This document shows positions 38,901-51,898 of a stretch of 64,000 nucleotides of DNA, one piece after another (the first letter of the stretch is position 1; every line of letters starts with the position of its first letter). The DNA is taken from positions 7,812,001 to 7,876,000 of the forward strand of contig OZ316775.1 in the NCBI GenBank assembly GCA_973851085.1. The letters are read 5' to 3'. A program made the translations under genes and the position numbers. The notes under the pieces are model-generated. The model ran no database searches. It was not told the DNA's origin and was given only the letters and a program-made list of their open reading frames with translations. This DNA comes from Ptychomitrium polyphyllum (taxonomy: Eukaryota).

Positions 38901-41612
38901 CCTAACCGACAAGGTCATTTCATTCTAAAAGATTTTCAATATAGTCAAAATGAGCTCAAAATATTGCCTATTTGAGAAAAAGATTTATCAACAGACAGAA
39001 GCAAAAGACAAAAGCATCAGGTAAAGAACGAAATGTCCATCTCTCGAATGATGACTTGAACTTCAGTCCTCACCTCTGGAGAGTTTTGAAAACGATTGAC
39101 AACGCCAGGAGCCTCAAAAGGTAGGATATTGTAAGGCTTGTAATCATCAAGCTTTTGTGCAGTCTTTTCTAGATCCTCCTTCAACTGAAAGGAACACAGT
39201 CAATCAAGTATCACTTATCAATATGTTTTCTATGCCCACTTATGCATCTGTAGATGGAAGTGAATTACAACTTGTATGGAAGTGTATTACAATCTTTTAT
39301 TAAGATTTCAAATTGCACTTCTGTAGGAAATTTCCTTGCTCGAATGTCCCGGTAAAGGTTTCAAGAATCTAGATGAGGAAATTTCCACATCAATACTACA
39401 GTTAATCACATTTTCAATGATCTTTGAAGTAATCGAGAGCAACTCAAAAGACCAAGAAGACTAAAAAATCCAGTTTCTAATTTGAATGAGCAAATCAAAT
39501 CCAACTACCCCAGAGAACAATTTTTTTTAAAACCCATTAAGCAAGATAATGAAGAAAAGCTTACGTTGGAGTCAAACTCTACGAGTCGCTTCGCCTCTGG
39601 ATTCTCCTTTATCAGGAAATCGATGACCTCATTCAGTATCTGACACGTGACATAGATTTTTCTTTTCACCTCCGTCCACTCCTCGGGTCTGCATGACATA
39701 CCGTCAAACATGCTTCACCATGTCATGCAGGCAACTTCTCACTTGCACGGAATCTGATGCCCTTGATATCCATTACTAAGTCACGCTAGTCTTGGCTATA
39801 AAGTCGGCTCAAACTATGGGAGAAGAAATAGGATGCACAAACTTCAAAAAAGGCTCCACTATCCTTTCAAAAGAGGCGGAGACGAAGACAGCAAAGAAAA
39901 TATCAGAAAACGGCATTGCTACGGATATAAATGAAGCAAAGTTCCAATCAAAGAGTTTGTACAACCCTCTCAGCATAAACAAACGGATTTTTCTTGTTAC
40001 TGAACTTTATAAGCGCGTCTGAAATTTCTTGACCTTATACATGTTATTTCCAAAATGTGAAGACCACAGAACACTCGCAACCTCATGAAGTTGAATTTGG
40101 CTTAACTAGACGCATAAATGAAAGCAGCAAACTCAAACACTAACAGGAGTGACATGTAAGCAAAATAGAATAGACATACGAAATTTGAGAATATTGGGGT
40201 TGCTGCCGCAACCAATCTTCATCTTCAAGTTGGTCAAGGTTATGCTTTAAGTCTTTGTAGAACCCTTCAATTATACATACATCATCACTACGATCTGTTT
40301 TCTCTCCACGTTTTTGCTGCAACAAAAACGAAAACTTCATCAATGACAAGCGGTAAATGCTGCTAAATTCCAAAGGCAAACATCGATGTCATGCTCCTTA
40401 GGACCGTATTGATAACTACTTACCACGAAAACTAAAACTTTCAAGATTTACCTTAATAACTGATAGCAAACCAGTCTTGAACTGCAATACTCCCCTGGAT
40501 TCACTCCGTGGATCCAGCGTTTGTGATAGCGCATACGAATACTCATATACTGTCCCCGGGCACAATGCAAGAAAATTCGAGTTAGTTACTGTATTTTACA
40601 ACTGTACAAACAAAAGAACAGCTTAGAGAGCAGCGTTCATGTGAGACCAACTTAATTGTGTAACGAAAAGCAACAAAAGGATGCAAGATTTGCTTCAGAA
40701 AGCCCAAAACCTCGTCAAACAAAGTGCTCACCAGGAAAATCTCAAGCAAAGGAGACCGGATTATACTCGAGAAAGGTACGCAGAAAACCAGTATTTATGA
40801 ACCCAACCGATCAAACACAACAGAATCGTACCAACTATACTTACGACACTCGTTCTTAAAAGCAATATTGCAACCCAACGCGATTACACAGATGGAAGTA
40901 ACTCTAGAAATCTACTTGAAGTTTATTTTCCAACAGGAAGCATGACATGGTCTCTTAGTTTAAGACCGCGGGTGATGTTTCTTGCCAAGAATATGATCTT
41001 AACAACGTGGTAGGCGATGCTTCGAATCGAAACTCAAAGTGCAAGACCAAAATAGATGAAGAGAGAAATGGTTCACAACCAAGAAGGCAACGTTTAATAA
41101 ACCCAGATCCCCTGAATGCAAATGCTACCTCCAATTCTTGCAGAAGCACATTCTTACAACAAAACCTTACTGTAACAAAGATGGTGTTCGTTTCCCAGCT
41201 ACTCCGAGCTAAAGTCTATAAACGCAGATTCACCCTATCCAATTAGGAATTCCATCTCTAAAAACAGAAAGAACGACTAAGTGTTAAAACAATCAAAAGT
41301 TTCAAAAACACATACAATTATGTGCACTGTTACAAGAACTAATGTAGAATTAAGGCGGACATTCAAGAAGTACGTACAAATACGTGCGACTTGTGGATAC
41401 GTCTGTTCCACATCACGCGCCGTCTGCAAGATTTCGTCAATATTCTTCTTCTGCTGATGCAAAATCTGCGGCACAAACGACGTATCACCGTACACGTCCC
41501 CCTGCGATTCATGCACTGTTCGTTCCTCCTCCGCCTCAATCGCCAGGCGAACTAGGTTCTCCCATTTCGCCACCACTCGCTTGCGCACAAGGTGCGGCAC
41601 CCTTGGCGCCAT
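23958..41612 (-). CDS. CALS: Callose synthase (GT48), complete, ~48 coding exons; resembles the CalS9/10 (GSL10/GSL8) clade
   Basis: ATG at 41612 (MAPRVP...KWENLVRLA...NIDEILQTARDVEQTYPQVARI), then DPRSESRGVLQFKTGL, YNILP, NQREHLVLLLANSQ, LYLLIWGEAANVRFLPEC, WRNYDDFNEYFW, FVEHRSGLHLYHSFHRLW, EARRRLQFFSNSLFM, WASYRGQTLART, GEGKPENQNHAIVFTRGE, RMHYGHPD, NLSEDIFAG, GKGRDVG, QTRLVFNQAFSRGLEISTLLAGNNPN; stop at 23958-23960. Junctions that were checked are GT-AG and in phase; exon count is approximate. Confidence 0.96.
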
Positions 41613-41921
41613 TGCCAACAGAAACAATCAAAGGCCCTGCTTCACATCTGTCTCGCGACTCACCCTAGGTCACCAGTCGCAAACCAATGCACTAGCCAAT
41701 TCCAACTCCTGATCGTCGCCAGCGATTCAAAAAACGCCCGAACGCACCACTCCCTAAACGCCGGACACACGCAACCCCTTCACAAACGCAATCCACCGAC
41801 ACTCCCGCCAACACCACGAGGTCCAAGACTCTCCAAACCGCACTAAAGCTCCACCAAACTCCACAACAACGCTTGCCCTGAACTCGCTCAAAGTACACAC
41901 CTAGCCTGACAAGCAGAGCGC

Positions 41922-41924
<3 letters not shown>

Positions 41925-41954
<30 letters not shown>
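41925..41954. repeat. (AG)15 microsatellite ((CT)n on the CalS sense strand) in the 5' leader/promoter
   Basis: Perfect dinucleotide run ~310 bp upstream of the CalS ATG. Confidence 0.9.
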
Positions 41955-41959
<5 letters not shown>

Positions 41960-42765
41960 CGACTGCAAGCGCTACAATGTACAAGAACGAATAAAATTAA
42001 GGTCGAGAGAAGCAATAAGAAGTCGGCTACCCGGTGATGGCAGCGACGGTGGCAAAGCGAGGGCAATGCGGCGAGAGAGCGCAGCAAATGTCGCAGCGGA
42101 CCTCGACACTGTGCGGCCACGAAAGGGGAAGAGCTTGCTCTGCAAAAGCCTTGACCAAGTTCTTCGAAGCAGTGGCTAGCAGCCTACGCACTCCCCCAAG
42201 ACCACCCCCCCTCTTGTTTCCAAGAGAGAGAAGCACACAAAGCCGGCACTCTGCGCTCAATCAATACCATCTACGAAATGAGCATATTTCTTATGGTCAA
42301 ATGTACAAAAGTTTAGACTAAGATAGTTTGAAATAGAGCGGTGGATTTGGATGTACATCCGTTCCAGCTACAGGGGAAGTCGGAGCTTGACAGCGGTCAA
42401 TTTTTAAGAGGGGGTCTTGAGAAGGGCAGGGTCGCGTGAAGCCGCGTTCGAGCTCGAGGCTACCGACTGCGGTGATGTCTCTGGTGAACTACTCTCGTTG
42501 ATAACCTGAACTGATATAGTGTCCTTTTCTATTGAGTTCGTTGCTTGTGATATCTTTCCCTTCTTTTTCAAGGAACTGAATGCTTTTTACATTTTTCTGA
42601 TTAGTTCCAACTTCTTTTCTTTTTAAGTGGAAAGTCGGCTTCAGCTTCGGCACTTGAGTTGACACCTGAGAGGTGGAAACCGAACCGACGATTCCCTGCT
42701 CCATATGACTCAAAAGCAAACTCACATCCGCCTTCTCACAGCATTGACTCTGGCACTAAGATATA

Positions 42766-42785
42766 CCCCCCCCCCCCCCCCCCCC
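42766..42785. repeat. Poly-C tract (C20)
   Basis: Homopolymer between the divergently oriented CalS and fasciclin loci. Confidence 0.9.
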
Positions 42786-43938
42786 AGATCACCAGGCTAC
42801 GAAGCGGACCGAACCAGGTATTAAGTGGGTTTCACAAGGGTATGGATAGGGGTCTCAACTGTACAAAGGGTATCACAGGGTGCGAAGCGGGTTTGACCAG
42901 AGTATGCGCTACATATGATGCGAAGAAGGGACGCAGTGAGAGAGGGAGGAACTCATCGTTGTTGCTTTTGGAGCTCGCAGTGATTGCAGCTCACTTTCTC
43001 GCACACTTCCACATTGCACTTTCAATTGCAGCGCCGGCTCAAGCTCCTCACCTTCCATGCGCACCAGCAGCAGCACCAGCATTTCTACCTTGCATCGTAG
43101 CTCTACTTCGAGTCATCGTTTTCACCTTGAGCCTCTTGGTGTGCCTCATTCTCTACGTACGTGTTTCTTGATTGCACACTAATCTTGATGGTCTTTAGTG
43201 TTCGCATCGATCTCCGTCTGTGATTAGGAGCCTCTGAACTTAGGCATTTCAGAAATCGTACAAGTGAATGGAAAGTCGATCTGATGTTTTTCACTTCGCA
43301 AGCGACTCTTCATTTGCCTTTAAGTTGTAGAGAGACTTGATCGTTTCTTGATTGTTTCTTGCGTAATGTTCCCGATGTACAGTGGCTCCTAGCGCAATTT
43401 GTGAAGTAGGAACTTTGGCACTTTGGCTCTCAGGAATTATAGTAAAGTGAATGCTGCGTTTCTGATGCTTCTTAGAACTGGTTCACTAATTAAGTCGAGT
43501 CACATCTTTGTTTAAAGGATAGGGAGCCTTGATCATATACTTTCTTGAAAATTATCCTCGAGTAGCAGCATGGAGGGAAGAAGGCAACGTGGGGGTCTTT
43601 TGTTTCTTGATATTGTGTTAAAAATATTGCATCAAGATGCGCGCATTGTCTCCTGCGTGTTATAAATTTTGACAGCCTTCTTGCAATGAGATAGCTGACT
43701 GTTTCAATCTTTACAGGGATTATGTGCTTGATTCTATTTTCAGCCGCATAGTATCTGCCATGGCGTTTCTTCAATATGCTTGATGTCGTAAAACTCAATG
43801 TATTGGTGGATAATTTCATTTGCTGATGCCCTTATATGTTCAGCGATCGATAGCAGAGCCTTAACGAGCCGACCGTTCTCATTACGAGTGGGAACATTGA
43901 ACATGGCCACGAATTACACATGGTCGAAACAGTAACGC

Positions 43939-44670
43939 ATGACGGGAGGAGAGCCCGTTCTTCGAGAAGTATTAAGAGAAGAGAAGTTGCCTTCGTTACG
44001 GTATGTTGTGCTCTCAGCCCTGTGTTCGGTTTTCTCAGCCTTCTCGTTCTGTATCTCTACCTTGTCTAGAATCATGCGGCAGCCGCGTCGTTGGGAGAGG
44101 GAATCATCATCGAGGCAGACCCGGAGCCGATGAAGTACGATGTCAATAATGTCCCCCGAAATGTCCCGTCCCGTTCAGATTCAGCTGCGCCGGGACGTTG
44201 TCCGAGTATTACGAACGGCACTGGCGTACAAGGCATTCGCAGCATCACTCGACACCATGACAGACCCCGTAACCCGTCAAAGAATCACAGTCTTCGCTCC
44301 CAGTGATGGAGCTTTGTCCAATTTCTAGAAGATAAGAACTGAAGAATTAAGTTCAGAGGACGTTGTAAGATTCTATATAATAATCGGTACAATGCCTTTC
44401 TCGAACCTCATACGATTCAAATTGGGAAGTAGACTGACAACAGATGTGTCGAACATCACGTTCTTGGTTACGAACGCTACTGCAGATGCATACTAAGTGG
44501 ATGACGCAGTGATTGTCGACCCTGAATTGCACACGGATGCCACCATTGCAGTCCACGGCGTAAACACCTTGTTCAACACCTTGAAGATCTTTCATGAAGA
44601 ACCTGATAATGATGAGCCGGTATAGCAACAGGAGGAGGAGGAGCCGTGCTTTCAAGATGTCTCCCATTAA
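43939..44670 (+). pseudogene. FLA: Fasciclin (FAS1)-domain / fasciclin-like arabinogalactan protein pseudogene
   Basis: One frame reads RITVFAPSDGALSNF*...VVRFYII...LVTNATADAY*VDDAVIVDPELHTDATIAVHGVNTLF, i.e. FAS1 H1 (TVFAP.D.A) and H2 (IAVHGV..L) motifs, with in-frame stops at 44131, 44326, 44494 and 44623. Hydrophobic signal-like segment near 44000-44080. Confidence 0.85.
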
Positions 44671-47600
44671 CGATAAGGGTGTGCCGGTATGTCAATTCCC
44701 TGTGTCATTCGCCGGCATTTTCTGACCTACTGTTTGAAGACTGATGTTCATGCCCTGGCGCTGGTAATCACTACATTCCGACTGCAAAACTGAAGGACCA
44801 GAAACCAGCTAGTTCGCTTTCTGCTGTATTATGTTGATGAGTTGGTGTGTAGCTCTGAAATGGAACCACCGTCAACGCTTCATTTCATTTTGGAGGATCG
44901 CATAAATCTTACATTTACTAGTTCTGAACTTATGTTATTCAGAATTCGGAAGCCTATGGAGTTCAGCAATTTCAATATAAAGGCAGAACCCAAGCATTGT
45001 TGACATGCTGAGATATTAATCACTGTGTTGGTACTTGCCATACTTATTTGGCAACTTTTTTCTTCGCTGTTCTGGTGCACGAACATATTGTGGGATCAAT
45101 TTCATCTCAACCTGTGCATATGAATCTCTGGCGGATAATGTCTAATCATACCCTTCATTGTGTGTCTTTTCAAATTTCAGTGACAAATATGGGAAGCATG
45201 CAGAATCACTTCATACGATAAGTTTCACAACCTGAGCATCAGAACTTCACTATGAAACGACAGTTGAATCAGTGGGGCAACGACACTTTACTGGTAGAGT
45301 GGTAAGTACAGTATTAGATGTTCCCCTTTATTAATTAATGGCTCCGGCATTCAGAGTCCACGCGGACCCAACCATCGCATCCTGTCCTTCCGACCTCCAA
45401 ACTCTACACACGCCTCGCCTCTGGTTCTGCCTCCGACCCTCTGGCCTCCAAAACCCTAGAAACGTGAGGTATGAGAGGCTGCAAGGTTGACATGTATTCC
45501 TCCCCTCTTCTCTCACATGGATTATGTAACCAGTGTACATTTTGGTTGCATAATGAAGGTTAATCTGGGCTTTGAGATTTGGGCAACTATGCCTCCCCTT
45601 CTTTCTACACTCACCCTTTTTGTAGGGCTCTCTGGATATGATGGTTAACTGAAAGCTGAACACTCCTGTTCTTTGTAAAAATAGCTCTTGCGTCTCTCAT
45701 GTTAGCTACAATTATATCACCGGCTTCCATATAAGCTAACGACGCGGATACAAGTTGTTACAGCACTCCCTCCCCCTTCAACTGAACCTTCGACCTCTTT
45801 CAAACTGAACCTTCCAGGAAATTCAGGTCAGTGAGAAGGTCTCCATCTCGCTCCGCACCTGCTAGCTCCAAGCAAACAACCCCTGTCGTGAGAATGCTGT
45901 CAACGAGGTTATATGCAAACTTGTCAATCGGTCCTTTAGAGAATCAACGATGCCGACTAGGCCAACATGTATGAGAATCTTTGAACAAATGAACGTGGGC
46001 TGAAAGATTGGCTTCATTAGAATCTATGCACTAAGAGACATTCTGTCTGACATTTAAACTCCATACTGATAGTGATCTTGGAGGATTCACCGCTTTTCCC
46101 AATCAATGATGAAAGACAATATGGATATTCGAGATTATTATTTTATGTTGCTGCTTTCTGCATACCGATGTGGTTAGAATCATTGGAGGACGCCGTGTTC
46201 ATAATTGGTGTACGGTAACTGCAGGCCGTTAGTATGACACCCCTGTGAGTATTAAGTGGAGGAATACATCACTGAAGGATTTCATATGGAGCAGTATTCA
46301 CTGAAGGGAATTCGATTGGTTTACACGTTCCGTTTAATTCTGGTTTCTAGAGTTCTACATGGTACTAGAGCTTTGTAGCTGATCTATAATATCCGACTTA
46401 GAACAAAAAGCTTTGACCGGTAGTATGTCTCAGCATTTCTTGAACATCAATATTTATCTAACTATGGAGGATCACAGTGGACCAAACGGGTGGTGGCTTT
46501 CCATTGGACCAGAGGCTTTTATAGGATTGTTTATGAAGACAGGTATAGGATATGCAGTTTAGAAATTATATAGAGGTGCATATGTAGGGAAACAACCATA
46601 TGAAATGAATTCAGGAAGTGTAAGGGTGTTTTTTGAGGATTTAGTATATTGGAGTTGTTGAAATACACTATGTGTTTAAAGTTTGTTGCATGTACTTTGA
46701 AATATTAAATAGTAGAACTTAGGTTATTCATTTTGGATCATCGTGCACAATTGGAAAAGTTTTTGATACAAGAATTTAAAAATGTATATTTCTAGAAGAA
46801 TGTTGTTATAGTATCAAATTAAGGACTTAAGGCTTGATAGAAGTAGAATTACAAAGCATTGAATTGAAGGCTGCTTTCAAACTTAGGCAATTCAAAAGTG
46901 AACCTTGAAAAGTTGATCTTTAAAGAATACAATGGTTAGAGCTCCAAATTTTGAATTTTAGAAGGTCATACTTCAAGCATTTGGCTTAAATAAAGAATTA
47001 ATCTTTGAAAAAAGAGTATAAAGAAGATAAAGGAATTCTAAACTACTACAACAACAAGCCCTTGGTTTACTCATTATTGTACATACTTTTTGATTGCATA
47101 TTGCATTTTAAAATTCAACTTATAATCATTTATAATAATAAATCAACTAAAAAGAATAGCCTCACATAAAAGGATAAACATTGCAATAAAAAATAATAAA
47201 TGAAAAAAATTAAGCTCTTTATTGTCAAATATCTTAGAGTGTAGGTTAATTTGGTTTTAAAGCTCAATCCACTAAAAGAAAAAAATGTCACAATTAGCTT
47301 CATTGCATATAATAATACCTACTTAATAAAGTTGATTTGCTGCACTTTTAAAGTTGACTTGCTTTACTTAACGAATATTAGTAGCTTTAATCACAAAAAT
47401 GCATCCATTCTTAGGTTGTTTAAAAATATTAGGTGGCTTTTTATATTGGTAGCTTTAATCACAAAAATGCATCAAAACATTAGGTGGCTTTCTAATTTTT
47501 TTCTTCAACTTAGTAATATCTTTAATTAATTTAATTTTCAGTATCAGATATTGCCTCTTTTCTACATCCGTATTATCAATTGCTAAAAGCAAGAAAATAA

Positions 47601-47757
47601 TGAACCTCTTATTGTTTGATTCTAATTTTCAATTTTAAATGAAACAAATTTAGAATCTATAATAAACATTTTAGTTCACTATTTCAATTTTTTTGCATAT
47701 TGCTTGTTATTTTATATCAAATGCATACATGTTAGCGTTGTTCACTTTGCTTCATCC

Positions 47758-48256
47758 TGTCACGGATATAGATTATGCAACATAGCCTTTAGAACCTTCT
47801 AAAATCTTCTATTATATTATAGTAACTTCTTAAAATACTTTTAAATGTCTCCATAGCCGTTTCTACGTTTTTAGGAAATTTCTTAAGAAAAATCCACCAC
47901 CTCATGGGAAGGTTCCACCACCTTGGAAGCTTCCAAAGAAGATTCCAATTCTTTAGAAGTTTCTTAGGAAGGTTCCAACATCTTGGGAAACTTCTTGGAA
48001 AGGTTCCATAGACTTTTAAAACACTCTTAAGCCTTGTAGGAAGCTTTATAAGAAGTATATTAAGAGATACAAGCGTCATAGTATAAATAGGAGGCAAGAT
48101 AAGGTGTTCTTTAGTCTTGCCAACACAAGTTGTGGATCATCTTATATTCTGCCTTGCTTTAGTCTTTGTATCAAGGTCTTGTTAATCATTAGTTTTTTGG
48201 AAGCTAATTCTTTGGAAACACTTTGTTTTTGCTTCTTGTTTCTTGTGTCCTTAACA
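47758..48256 (+). mobile_element. Solo LTR (499 bp) of an LTR retrotransposon
   Basis: TGTCACGG...CCTTAACA termini; flanks CATCC (47753-47757) and CATCT (48257-48261) form a 5-bp TSD with one mismatch; internal GGAAGGTTCC subrepeats and TATAAATAG at ~48082. Confidence 0.85.
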
Positions 48257-48533
48257 CATCTATACAATGCTTTAGCTGTAAAGTTGTCATATGATTTGGA
48301 AAAAAACTATAAATCCTTAAATATATCTAAATATTCAAGAATAAAACAAAAGAAGTGTTGAAGGAAAGAATTTTAGTCTTTAAATTCAATAAGGGAAAGA
48401 AATAAATTTATAAATATTTTAGAATTAATTTTATAAATTCTAATATATTTTGTCATTTTCCTTACGCCACAATTTTGCTTATAACGATACAATCAAGAAG
48501 ATGAATTGCTCTTGACAAAAGACAACATGGTGC

Positions 48534-49104
48534 TGTTAGAGACATAAGAAACAAAAAGCAGAAACAAAGTGTTTCCCAAGAATTAGCTTCCAAAAAGCTA
48601 ATGATTAACAAGAACTTTGATACAAAGACTAGAACAAGGCAAGATTCTAGATGATCCACAACTTGTGTTGGCAAGACTAAGAAATACCTTGTCTTGCCTC
48701 CTATTTATACTATGACGTTTGTATCTCTTAGGATACTTCTAAAGAAGCTTCCTACAAGGCTTAAGAATGTTCTGGAAGTCTAAGGAACCTTCCTAAGAAT
48801 TTCCTAAGATGTTGGAACCTTCCTAAGAAGCTTCCAAGGAATTGGAACCTTCCTTGGAAGTTTCATAAGGTAGCGGAACCTTCTTAGGAAGTTTTCTAAA
48901 GAGATAGAACTTTCCTAGGAGGTTTCCTAAGGTGATGGAACCTTCCTAGAAAGTTTCCTAAGGTGGAGGAACTTTCCTAGGAAGCTTCTTAAAAACATAA
49001 AAAAACTATGGAGACATCTAAAAGTATTCTAAGAAACTATTATAGTATACTAAAAGGTTCTAGAATGTTCTAAAGACTATGTTGCATGATTTATGTCCGT
49101 GACA
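48534..49104 (-). mobile_element. Solo LTR (571 bp), same family, opposite orientation
   Basis: Reverse complement aligns end to end with 47758-48256, with extra internal subrepeats; perfect 5-bp TSD GGTGC (48529-48533 and 49105-49109); TATA box on - strand at ~48701-48710. Confidence 0.88.
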
Positions 49105-51898
49105 GGTGCCTTCATTTAAAAAATGCCACAACTTCCTATTATCTATGCATAGAAATTATAACTACAACTATTTATTTACTTAAAAATAGGCGTAAGAAAA
49201 TATCTTATTACATACAAGAGGAAGTATTTATTTGAATACTACTAAATCATTTTAACATGAGAAGTAACATTTCAACAATTTATATCCATTTTGATAAAAA
49301 TAATTATTGTAGAAAGTGGAACTAAAATTTTAAAAAATAGTTTTTTAAACATATGATATTATCTCCAAATGTTACCATCGCTATACAAAGTGATCTTGTT
49401 GAAGAATATACAATCTAATAAACTAAATTTTAATATCAATATAGAAATATTAACTCTTGGCTTGCAATTGAACACGATAGTCATTTATTTTTAATGTGGA
49501 TCAAAATTAACACATTTGAAATTTTAACAATAATTGTTTTAATATTTCAATCAAAATTGCTTATATTGTAGCCATCTTATTCATACCAACAACCTGTACC
49601 CAATATTAACACCAAAAGCAATTGAATAGCTCAATTATTTATTTTGCATGCCATTTGAAACATTTTGTGTTTAATTTGCATTTTTTTACAAGGTGATAGA
49701 GATATCAATGTTTTTTTGCTATACTTCTATTATACATAATTTTTTTAAGATGACGTGATTTCAAGCAATACTTATTAATGTATGCTATATTTAAAGGTTT
49801 AAACATGGCTTGAATAATTTAAAAAAACATTAGAGAGGTTGTTTTGTTGCCATAAGCAATGAATAAAAACATGATTAAGGTTTTTATGAAATTTTTCTAC
49901 TTATTTCAATGGGTCATTATAAATATTATTTGTGCTTAAACTAGAAACCACATTTGGAATTTTTTAACATTCAAATGGTTAAAACGACCTTTTATATGGA
50001 TTTTTGTATAAAAATGCATAAGAAACAATTAGATGGCTTCATAGAAGTGGTTAAAAAAATAAAGTATATCATTTAAAGCACATCTTTTAAAAGCTTGGTT
50101 TAGAAATATTAGTTCTTGTATAAGTTAGCAAGATTTAATATAAAAGACCTTGAGATTGCTTTTATAATTTAACAATGTTATAAGTATTGGTTTTTAACAT
50201 CAATAGAATCACCTATGTCTTACTTAGACTTAATTCCTATAATTGGTGGCTCTTCAATTCTTATTTTATCTTAGATAAAGCTCAAATATTTTATATGTAT
50301 TGAAAGAAAGAACATCATATATGTCTTTGCGAGCCTTTGCAATACAAAGAGCAGACTTTTAAATTAAGAATATACAAAAGTGTTGTAGTAATTTAAAAAT
50401 TTGAAGCACAATACTTTAAAAAGACCTTGAAGAAGGCTGTATAACAAGCTTCAAGAAATACATCCAATGTATGTCCAAGTTATCTACCTCACATGGCAAC
50501 AAGGTCAAAAAAATAAAAATTCAAAAACATTTTATAAGAACACTTAAATAAGAAATAGAAGATAATTTTCTTCATTGTCTGACTAGTGTGATACTGAGGA
50601 CTTTTGCCTTCATAGTTTTATCATATTATTATATAGATAAAACTATCATACAACAAGAGTCGTTAAAATCGTCAAAATCACTAGATGTTCCAGTGCCAAT
50701 TATGATGATATTTTGTGTATTAAGCCAAGGGATGTATCCTATGTGTCCTGGGTAACTCTTCAAAATGAATTGATCTAGCTTATGCATTCTGTTTTCCTTC
50801 TGATTCCAGATGAGATGTATCCAGAGAGAGCAACAGAGAAGAGGATGTTGCAATATCTTTATTGACCATTATGGTTATCAAAGGCAAACATATCACTTGT
50901 GAAAATCACTGGTTTGCACAATAAAACTTTGCACAGAAATTTTTCCATTTATCATGCTCATCGATTTTTCATGACCATTCGCTACCCAAGTGCCCAGCTG
51001 AGTGAACAGGGAATTCTAGTTGTGTCCAACAATTTCAGATTTGGTCAGATGAAACTGATCTTCAATTCCAAGTCTGCAAATTCAAGCCAAGAGCATGGTT
51101 TCAGCAATGAACACTTCTAGGTGCCCAGGTCATGTCCTGTGAGTTGATCGCTCCAGACATTGGTCCCTAGCAAAAACGCCCCCTTAACGTGCTATGGCCT
51201 GACGGGTGGTAGCCAGGTATTATTGACTGGATCTGTGAGAACTTTTGATGCTAAGCCTGCTGTAGCATCAATCATTGAGTAAGAATTGCCGGTAAACCAA
51301 AATTCCACACTCTGATCCAATCACCTTGGTCATGTAATCTTAATGTAACCTAGCATACTGACTACCACGAAATAGCAAAATAATATGATCTGAATTTGCA
51401 TATTTACCTGCAACACGTACGGTGTGAGTCCAGCTACAAGGAAGGATATACTGTTTTCCAACATGCATCATTTTGAAAGTAGAAAGTATTCAAATGCTAC
51501 AAACGTCCTGGATGCAATCTACTCATCGAGGGAAGTGAGAACAAAAAAATGTGTCAATGCCGTGAAGGCTATACTGGTTTATGGTAGCAAGCTGGATACA
51601 ACAAACAACATCATGTCTATAGGAACAGAGGTGGAACCCTTAATTTCGAGATCAAAGATTCCTCGTCGACATACTACCACATCAACACAGAAGTTTTCAA
51701 GTCTGTATATGAACAATTGAGCATAGCCTCCAATAGGAGTATGATTGTTGTCCTCCAATCTAAAGGCATAGCAAGGGCACACAATATAGTTACCTGTACC
51801 CAATACATAACCTAATAGGCATCCATCCAATAATACCTAATTGTTGCTCAGCCACCATTCAACGAGTCATGGGCTGAAAATAGGGTCAATAAAACTAT

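Noticed and set aside
44326..44625. U-to-C RNA editing or stop read-through restoring the fasciclin gene
   Set aside because: U-to-C editing is known for organellar transcripts of some plant lineages, not nuclear genes; methylation-driven decay is simpler.
45340..46320. Telobox-containing island followed by a possible kinase fragment (GLKDWLH) or C/D snoRNA (ATGATGA at ~46107)
   Set aside because: No further kinase motifs and many stops; no clear D box with terminal stem. Not supportable by eye.
47789..48674. ORFs 47789-48097, 48104-48361 and 48462-48674
   Set aside because: They lie in LTR subrepeats and mirror each other because of the inverted LTRs.
47756..49106. Single Mutator/foldback or DIRS-like element with long terminal inverted repeats and a 9-bp TSD (TTGCTTCAT / TGCCTTCAT)
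   Set aside because: The outer match is only 7/9, whereas each arm is a full TG...CA LTR with its own 5-bp TSD; two solo LTRs explain the data better.
49150..50600. Possible decayed coding exons in the AT-rich block around the LTRs (also 46700-47050)
   Set aside because: Too degraded to assign a frame or family without a search.
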